Of a DNA stretch of 32,000 bases, positions 16,833 through 23,800 are shown piece after piece. Numbering within the stretch: position 1 is the stretch's first letter; every line of letters begins with the position of its first letter. A model generated the notes under the pieces. The model was not told the origin of the DNA. It searched no databases and saw nothing but the letters and a program-made list of their open reading frames with translations. This DNA is from Ruminococcus albus 7 = DSM 20455 (GTDB lineage Bacteria > Bacillota > Clostridia > Oscillospirales > Ruminococcaceae): assembly GCF_000179635.2 (NCBI RefSeq), contig NC_014833.1, positions 1,800,001 to 1,832,000 of the forward strand, in the 5' to 3' direction. A program made the translations under genes and the position numbers.

Positions 16833-18914
16833 TTGGATAAAAAGGATATAGATGCTCTTTGTGCGCTTTTTAATGAATTATCAGAAGTGCATAATGAAGC
16901 TGAACTGGAAAGATCGGTGGAGAATAATATAGGTATTTTTGGTGATCATGATATCACCAAACTGAAAATAGCCCTTTATCTGCTTGGCGAAAGAATGCTC
17001 ACTGTCGATGCTGAAAACAGGGATGCATTAAGAGCGCGTCGTATTGCCTGCCTGACTGATGCGGAAAAAGCGGAGATGCAGAAGGTCGAGGAGATAATTG
17101 ATAAAAATCTACTTAAATACTATTTCCAGCCTATCATAAGTGCATCCACCGGCGATATATATTCATACGAAGCACTCATGCGTTCAGCTGCCGATCCGTC
17201 AATAACCCCTTTTCATATACTCAAATATGCAGGCCTTAATGACAGGCTTGATGATATCGAGAGAGCTACGTTTTTTAATATACTTAAGATAATCGAGAGC
17301 GATAAGGAAAAGTTCGGCGGAAAAACAGTATTCATAAATAGTATTCCCAATGTTTGTCTGGGCGAGGCTGATGTAGAGATGATATCAGCTATCCTTAGTA
17401 AATATTCGGATATGGTAGTGGTAGAACTTATAGAAAGCGCTGAAGCTGACGAAGCTCAACTCATAAGGCTGAAGGATACATTCAGCAGTATGGATATTAA
17501 AATAGCTGTCGATGATTATGGCACAGGATACTCAAATGTTAGCAATCTACTCAGGTACAAACCCGATTTTGTAAAGATCGACCGTTCGCTTATAAGCGAA
17601 ATCAACTGTGATTCCAATAAGAAGCATTTTGTACGTGATATCATAGAATTCTGCCACGATAATGATATACTTGCACTTGCAGAGGGCGTTGAGACCGATA
17701 TGGAAATGAAGACCCTGATAATAATGGGTATCGATCTCATCCAGGGTTATTATACTGCCAGACCTGCACCTGAACCGATCTCTGCAATACCTTATGAGAT
17801 AAGACAGGAGATAAGGCGTTTTCAGCAGCAGCGTCAGGACGGCGAGGAGACCCATGTATATAAGGTCGAGGGTACTGAACGTATATTGCTGGAAAAAATG
17901 AAAAAGCACGGATACAAATGTATACGAATACTGGCAACCGAAGATGACGGGGATATTTCCATTGTTGGCAATTCATCTCTTGAAACTCAGGTGCATATAG
18001 AGATCGACAGCGGATTCAAAGGCAGAGTCAATCTTGAAAGCGCCAATCTTTCCAATACCAAGAATCGTCCGTGCATTCAGCTGGCAGAGGACTGCGTGGT
18101 GGAGTTATCTGTCCTTGGTGATTGCAAGCTGCAAAACGGCGGTATCATCGTTCCCGAAAGCTCCGAACTGACGTTTACAGGACTTGGTTCGCTTAATATA
18201 AAGGTTCATGATCCTTCCTTCTATGGAATAGGTGCACATCTTGACGAACGTCATGGCAGGATCAGTTTCAGTGCGGATGTTACTTTCGTTATTGAAGCTT
18301 ACGGACAGTTCGGCACCTGTATCGGTTCGGGCCTTGGCGGTGAGATAGACATACACAGGGGTATTTTCAATATATCCATGAATTGTAATAACGGTGTAGC
18401 GATCGGTTCTATGACGGGTAATACTGATCTTGATATACGCTACTGCGGTATCGAGGTCAACTGCTACAGTCTTAAAGGTACTATTGTCGGCAGCCGTGAT
18501 GGTACTGCTGAGCTTATCCTGCACAGCATGAGCCTGAGGTGCAGCGTCAGCGGCAAGGAAACGGTCTGTGTAGGTTCTTTGCAGGGTCCTACAAATGTTA
18601 CGATCGAAAATTCCAACTTTGCCTCAGATGTCAGATCTGATAAAATGACAGTGTTTGGCTCGCTTTATAACAAGAGCATCGTCACGGTGCATAATATCTC
18701 CATGAATATTGAGGCAGGCGGTCAGGAGGCTTACATTATAGGCGGTCTGAACGGAAACACTGTATTTGATTGCACTGAAGCTGATATGAAGATAGTCCTG
18801 AATTCCGGGTTCAACAGTATTACTTCAGCACAGGGCGATGATCTTGTAGTCGGAGACGGAAGATATCAAATAAGAGTAAACGGTCAAAATTTCCGGCTTA
18901 TCCCCGAAAAGTGA
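16833..18914 (+). CDS. EAL-domain c-di-GMP phosphodiesterase fused to a C-terminal 28-residue-repeat (beta-solenoid-like) domain
   Basis: TTG start behind AAAGGGGGG. EAL signatures are YFQPI, YEALMR, FINS, ELIES, DDYGTGYS, KIDRS, EGVET and QGYY. The C-terminal approximately 250 aa consists of exact 28-aa repeats ending in hydrophobic-G-S/G. There is no TM segment and no signal peptide. Confidence 0.9.
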   Translation: MDKKDIDALCALFNELSEVHNEAELERSVENNIGIFGDHDITKLKIALYLLGERMLTVDAENRDALRARRIACLTDAEKAEMQKVEEIIDKNLLKYYFQPIISASTGDIYSYEALMRSAADPSITPFHILKYAGLNDRLDDIERATFFNILKIIESDKEKFGGKTVFINSIPNVCLGEADVEMISAILSKYSDMVVVELIESAEADEAQLIRLKDTFSSMDIKIAVDDYGTGYSNVSNLLRYKPDFVKIDRSLISEINCDSNKKHFVRDIIEFCHDNDILALAEGVETDMEMKTLIIMGIDLIQGYYTARPAPEPISAIPYEIRQEIRRFQQQRQDGEETHVYKVEGTERILLEKMKKHGYKCIRILATEDDGDISIVGNSSLETQVHIEIDSGFKGRVNLESANLSNTKNRPCIQLAEDCVVELSVLGDCKLQNGGIIVPESSELTFTGLGSLNIKVHDPSFYGIGAHLDERHGRISFSADVTFVIEAYGQFGTCIGSGLGGEIDIHRGIFNISMNCNNGVAIGSMTGNTDLDIRYCGIEVNCYSLKGTIVGSRDGTAELILHSMSLRCSVSGKETVCVGSLQGPTNVTIENSNFASDVRSDKMTVFGSLYNKSIVTVHNISMNIEAGGQEAYIIGGLNGNTVFDCTEADMKIVLNSGFNSITSAQGDDLVVGDGRYQIRVNGQNFRLIPEK

Positions 18915-18931
18915 TAAGAATATGTTTTTTC

Positions 18932-18964
18932 GCAGGAGGCGCAGCCGCGTCCTCCTGCTTTTTC
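18932..18964 (+). terminator. Terminator after the EAL gene
   Basis: Stem gcaggagg...cctcctgc followed by tttttc. It lies immediately before the RBS of the next gene. Confidence 0.6.
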
Positions 18965-18980
18965 TAAAGGAGAACAGCTT

Positions 18981-19322
18981 ATGAGAACTAATTTTAATAT
19001 CGAAAACACAGATACGATAGATACATTGGCTTATAGGGAACAGACTAAGATGATGATATTGCAGATAGCTGATGGTATGGACTGGTCCGACATGGAAAGA
19101 CATTTCTCGCTGCTGCGTGAGAAACTGGATACCTATATATGGTATATAGATTCAAAACAGTATGAAGATAAGTATCCCGATGTAGAAAGGATAGAGTTAA
19201 GGGTGACATTTCTTTTCAAGGAGCCTGATGTATGTATAAAGCTGCTTGAAAAGGCAGGAGAGGTGCTTCACCGCGTTTTTGAAAACTCTGCATTGATAGT
19301 TGAATGCGGAGAAAGGGAATAA
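18981..19322 (+). CDS. Hypothetical small acidic protein (113 aa)
   Basis: RBS AAAGGAGAA is well placed. No family is confidently recognised. Confidence 0.65.
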   Translation: MRTNFNIENTDTIDTLAYREQTKMMILQIADGMDWSDMERHFSLLREKLDTYIWYIDSKQYEDKYPDVERIELRVTFLFKEPDVCIKLLEKAGEVLHRVFENSALIVECGERE

Positions 19323-19374
19323 AGTCTGACTAAATATTATATAGGATATGTTAAGGTGATTATAGTATATGAGA

Positions 19375-19403
19375 TTGCAAAAGTTACGGATGTATGGTAT
19401 ACT
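19375..19403 (+). promoter_or_regulatory. Candidate promoter of the aldo-keto reductase gene
   Basis: TTGCAA, a 17-nt spacer, then TGgTATACT. Confidence 0.4.
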
Positions 19404-19446
19404 CATAACGTTGATAGGGTAATAAATGATAAGGAGATAATTTGAT

Positions 19447-20442
19447 ATGTATACTGCAAATGAACATAGATATGACAAAATGTTATATAACCGCTGTGGT
19501 AAAAGCGGCCTGAAACTGCCTGCTATATCACTTGGACTATGGCAGAATTTCGGATACGGTTCAGTATTTGCGAATGTTGAGGAAATGTGCCGCACTGCTT
19601 TTGATCTTGGTATAACTCACTTTGATCTTGCAAATAACTACGGTCATCCCTATAATGGCTCAGCTGAGGAAAACTTTGGCAGAGTACTTGACAGGGGACT
19701 GAGGGCATACCGCGATGAGCTGGTGATATCTACAAAGGCAGGCTATGAGATGTGGGATGGTCCCTATGGTGACAGGAACGGCTCACGTAAGTATCTCACA
19801 GCATCACTGGATCAGAGCCTAAAGCGCATGGGTCTTGATTATGTGGATATTTTCTATCATCATGTATTTGACCCTGATACTCCGCTGGAGGAGACTGCTC
19901 TTGCACTTGATAATGCTGTAAAGCAGGGCAAGGCACTTTATGTTGGTATATCAAATTACAATAAGGCGCAGACAGAGGAGATGCTTTCGATATTCCGTGA
20001 GCTGAGAACTCCTTTTATAGTGAACCAGCCGAGTTTTTCTATGCTAAACAGATGGGTAGAGGACGATAAGCTTGATACCTTCTGTGTGGAAAACGGTATT
20101 GGTCTTGCTGTGTTCTCGCCGCTTTATCAGGGCTTCCTGACAGACAGATATTTAAAGGGTATTCCGGAAGATTCCCGTGTGGGAAAGGGCAATACCTGGA
20201 TAGGAGATCAGCTTACTCCACAAATGCTGAAAAAACTCAACTCACTCAATGATATCGGTGTTTCACGCGGACAGAAGCTGTCACAGATGGCTGTTGCGTG
20301 GCTGTTACATAACAAGGCTGTTGCCACTGTACTTGTAGGTGCCAGCAGACCTCAGCAGATCATTGATAATGTTGGTGCACTCGATAACCTTGATTTCACT
20401 GCTGAAGAGATCTCTGAAATAGAGAAGGTTCTTGCAGAGTGA
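19447..20442 (+). CDS. gpr: Aldo/keto reductase, YghZ/Gpr-type (L-glyceraldehyde-3-phosphate reductase-like)
   Basis: From memory it is near-collinear with E. coli YghZ: YNRCGKSGLKLPAISLGLWQNFG, GITHFDLANNYG, SAEENFGR, YRDELVISTKAGY, GSRKYL.ASLDQSLKRMGLDYVDIFY, GKALYVGISNY. Confidence 0.9.
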   Translation: MYTANEHRYDKMLYNRCGKSGLKLPAISLGLWQNFGYGSVFANVEEMCRTAFDLGITHFDLANNYGHPYNGSAEENFGRVLDRGLRAYRDELVISTKAGYEMWDGPYGDRNGSRKYLTASLDQSLKRMGLDYVDIFYHHVFDPDTPLEETALALDNAVKQGKALYVGISNYNKAQTEEMLSIFRELRTPFIVNQPSFSMLNRWVEDDKLDTFCVENGIGLAVFSPLYQGFLTDRYLKGIPEDSRVGKGNTWIGDQLTPQMLKKLNSLNDIGVSRGQKLSQMAVAWLLHNKAVATVLVGASRPQQIIDNVGALDNLDFTAEEISEIEKVLAE

Positions 20443-20488
20443 TCTCATTCGGGTGCTTGAAAATGCTTTCTTGAGGGCCTTATATAAA

Positions 20489-20535
20489 ATTACCGCCGCC
20501 TTTTGCGTGAACAGCAAGGGCGGCGGTAATTTTTT
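20489..20535 (+). terminator. Rho-independent terminator
   Basis: 12-bp stem attaccgccgcc / ggcggcggtaat followed by ttttt. Confidence 0.7.
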
Positions 20536-20713
20536 GTCTTAAACTTGTAAGATATCCCAAAAACAAATGTAAATAATTAATGAACCTGTATTTTGTTTAA
20601 ATATTATTTCTATTATAATAAAAAATAATAACAAAATTTATAGTAAACTATTTCAGCAAAATGAATAAATACAGATGTATAAGATGTGAATTTCTAACAA
20701 AAAACAGAAAACT

Positions 20714-20742
20714 TTTGAAATTTCGAATGCTATACTTTATAG
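20714..20742 (+). promoter_or_regulatory. Candidate promoter of the pilus operon
   Basis: TTGAAA, a 17-nt spacer, then TATAGT. An overlapping TGcTATACT extended -10 lies at 20727-20735. Confidence 0.3.
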
Positions 20743-20824
20743 TAAGTTGGAACAAAAAGCATTGAAGTTAACCTACAATAAATAGGCATAGTGCTTAAAT
20801 GATTGTCTATTATAGTTAAAAGAG

Positions 20825-23800
20825 GTGAGGACAGTGAGAAGTTTAAGAGGCAGTAATATCAAAAAACGTGTGTCGGCACTTTCTATGGCAGCGATGATAG
20901 TTATTGAACAGCTTGCATACATAGATCCGATGATAGCATATTCTGCCAGATCGGCATCTTCTAATGGATCGTCAGATTTTCCCGCAGTGACTTCAAGCGG
21001 TGTATCCGCATCACTTGAACATAAAGATCAGCTGGTAGATAACGGTGACGGTACTTACACATTTACTTCTGATATTACTTCAGCTTATTCATATCACGAT
21101 GAAAGCGGCGACAGACTTCGTTTTCAGTCGGATACTTATGAATTCGATAAGCCCGGCAAATATCTCATTGAGTTGTGGGGCGGTGACGGTGGTGACGGAA
21201 GTTCGTTGTTCCCACTGAGCTTTAAAGCAGGTTCAGGCGGTAAGGGCGGTTTCGTGTACGGTGTGCTTACTGTTACTCCTGAAGATGTGGATGCTAAGAA
21301 AAAGCTTTACTACGAAATAGGAAGTAAAGGACTTAGCCAGACAAGAAGTATCGCAGGCGGCGGTACAGGCGGTATCGGCGGCGGTGCTGGCGATATAGCT
21401 GTATTCTCGGTAGGTGCAGGCGGCGGCGGTGGCGGCGGCGCAGGCGCAGCCCTTCACACACTGCCCGGTATATTCGGCGGTGACGGACGTGCAAACGGCG
21501 GCGAAGGCGGAACATTCTTAAGCAGCCTTAGCGATACCCCGAATATCAAAGCATTTACAAGCGGTACTTATTACGCAGGTGAAAACGGCAAGACTTCGGG
21601 TACTAAGGCAGCCTATGTAGGACAGGGCGGTACAGACCGTCCCGGTGAACTGGTAGAAAGTTTCATAGGTTTCCTTGAAGCTTCATCCTATCCTAACGAC
21701 TGGCAGAAGTCATACCACCCAGATGCTGACAGAGGTATCGGCGGTGCAAGTAACTTCCGAGGCGGCGGCGGTTCTTCCTATGTAGGTGCTTACAGTTATT
21801 TCGAAGAGAACTCGAAAGGTTCTGATGATCTCTTTGTTGAGAGAGACGGAAACACAAACGCTGATGTGGGCGGTGCTGTAGTTATAAGATATCTTCCCGA
21901 TAGCAACAGCGATTACGCTTATCTTGATAACATCACAGTAAGCGGTGGAGTTTCAGAATATTTCGATATCGTATCAATGAACTGCACAAACAATAAGTAT
22001 AATGCTTCAAGCAAGAAAATGCAGTTATTGAATGTTTCATCTACAAAAACAGATAATAACTTCACAGTTAACGGTTCGGTAGCACCTGTACCCGATGGTC
22101 TTGACAAAGGTCAGGCGCAGGATACCCTTACAGTTTCAATAACTGTAAGACCGAAGAAAGCATTCTTCGGCGGACTTAACGTACCTGTATTCACAGGTGA
22201 CTTTGCTGTAAAGGACAGTGATAATTCAAAGAATTCGACTATATCTTATACCGATAATGTTACCCATGTAAACGTGCCTTACAATATCAGTATAACTGCT
22301 AAGAACTCAACAAAGCAGACAGGCGATACTGTATTAAAAGGTGATCTGTTTGAGCAGGAGATAGCTTATGAAGCAGATGATCCGATGCAGGATTTCATAA
22401 GCGGCATAACCTATAGAATAGATGATATTTCTGCAAATAGTTTCAGCGACACTATAACATCTGCTGATGTATCAAACGGCAGAAAAGCATTCTCGGTGAA
22501 AGCAACACTTGTTCCAAAGAGTGGTACTGCGGCACAAGTTGGTGAAGCAGGCAACCCGACAGTAACTAAGACAGTATATGTTCGATGCATAAGTGACAGT
22601 GTGCTGGATGTTGACGGATATGAGATCAATGCAGAAAAGTCATTGGCTTATAATGAAACCGATGATACTTACGATCTTACCGTTGATATGAACGTTGAGA
22701 ATCAGGATGCTAAATCATTCAGTATTATAGATCCTATTGAGAGTGAAAATGTACTTGATATTGTTTATAATGCAACCTCAAATCTCAGTAGTTCTAATGA
22801 TTATGTTAGTATAAGCAGAAATCAAGATAATAATAGCAATAATACTAAATATTCCGGTACGCTTCAACCCGGTATCTATTATGTTGAGGTATGGGGCGGT
22901 GATGGCGGAAGTGGATTCAATGATCCAACCAATAATCTTTCAAGTGCTGTTAGTAATAATACATATGGCGGTTATGGAGGAAAAGGTGGTTTCATTAGTG
23001 GATATGTCACTTTGGTTAGCGAGAAGCAGCTGGAAATTGTGTTAGGTCCCAAAGGAATTAAGGGTGATAGTTCAAATCCTGCAGGCAAAGGAGGTAAAGC
23101 AACATATGTAAATATTGGTGATGAGTCTGATGATATGACCTTTGTTGCAGGCGGAGGTGGAGGAGGTTCTACCTATTTGAAATATAGTGGAACCGATCAG
23201 AATAGTCATATGGGATACTCTGGTAATGATGGTTATAGAATTGGTGGAACCTCAGTTTATAAAGGTAGTTCTTCTAATGGAAATGATTATTACGATGTAA
23301 GTAAATATGATGGAGCAGATGCTATTTCTGTTAGTATAAGTACCGGTTTAAATCCTTATCGTAGAATTAGTAATTTCAATAATAATATTGCCAGTTATTT
23401 TGCTAAGGGTGGTTACAGCGAAATAGGTAGTGGTGTTCAAACTGAGATTGCTGATATAATGTATATTGACAATGGTGTGCATGATATTACAGTTGATCTT
23501 GGTCTATATGAATATGTTAATTATTTTAATAGTGGCATTGTTAGCAATTATTATATAAGCCAGTGGACAAACAAGAGTGGAGATCCAGAATACGTTTCTA
23601 ATGATGATGAGTACGAACGTGTTTCATCCTATAAAGGTACAACTAAGACTTCTATAGGAACAACAGGAGCGGTAAAAATCACCAGGCTTGGCGTACGCAC
23701 CAGACATAACTATGGTGGTACTGAAGTTGGAGTAGATACTTCTAATTCTGTTACACTTGCAAACATTGAAGAACAGATCAAAAATGATTATGCTAACGCT

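Noticed and set aside
20641-20760. 34-aa ORF (MNKYRCIRCEF...) upstream of the pilus operon, considered as a small regulator or leader peptide
   Set aside because: It has no Shine-Dalgarno sequence, is AT-rich and overlaps the predicted promoter.
20536-20824. c-di-GMP riboswitch upstream of the pilus operon, considered because an EAL gene lies 2 kb away and such control is known for clostridial adhesins
   Set aside because: The region is almost pure A/T with no GC-paired helices or conserved riboswitch cores that I can recognise. A covariance-model scan (Rfam GEMM-I/II) would be the decisive test.
21233-21515. Minus-strand Ala/Cys-rich and Arg-rich ORFs across the glycine tract
   Set aside because: This is a compositional artefact of reading (GGC/GGT)n on the opposite strand or in another frame.
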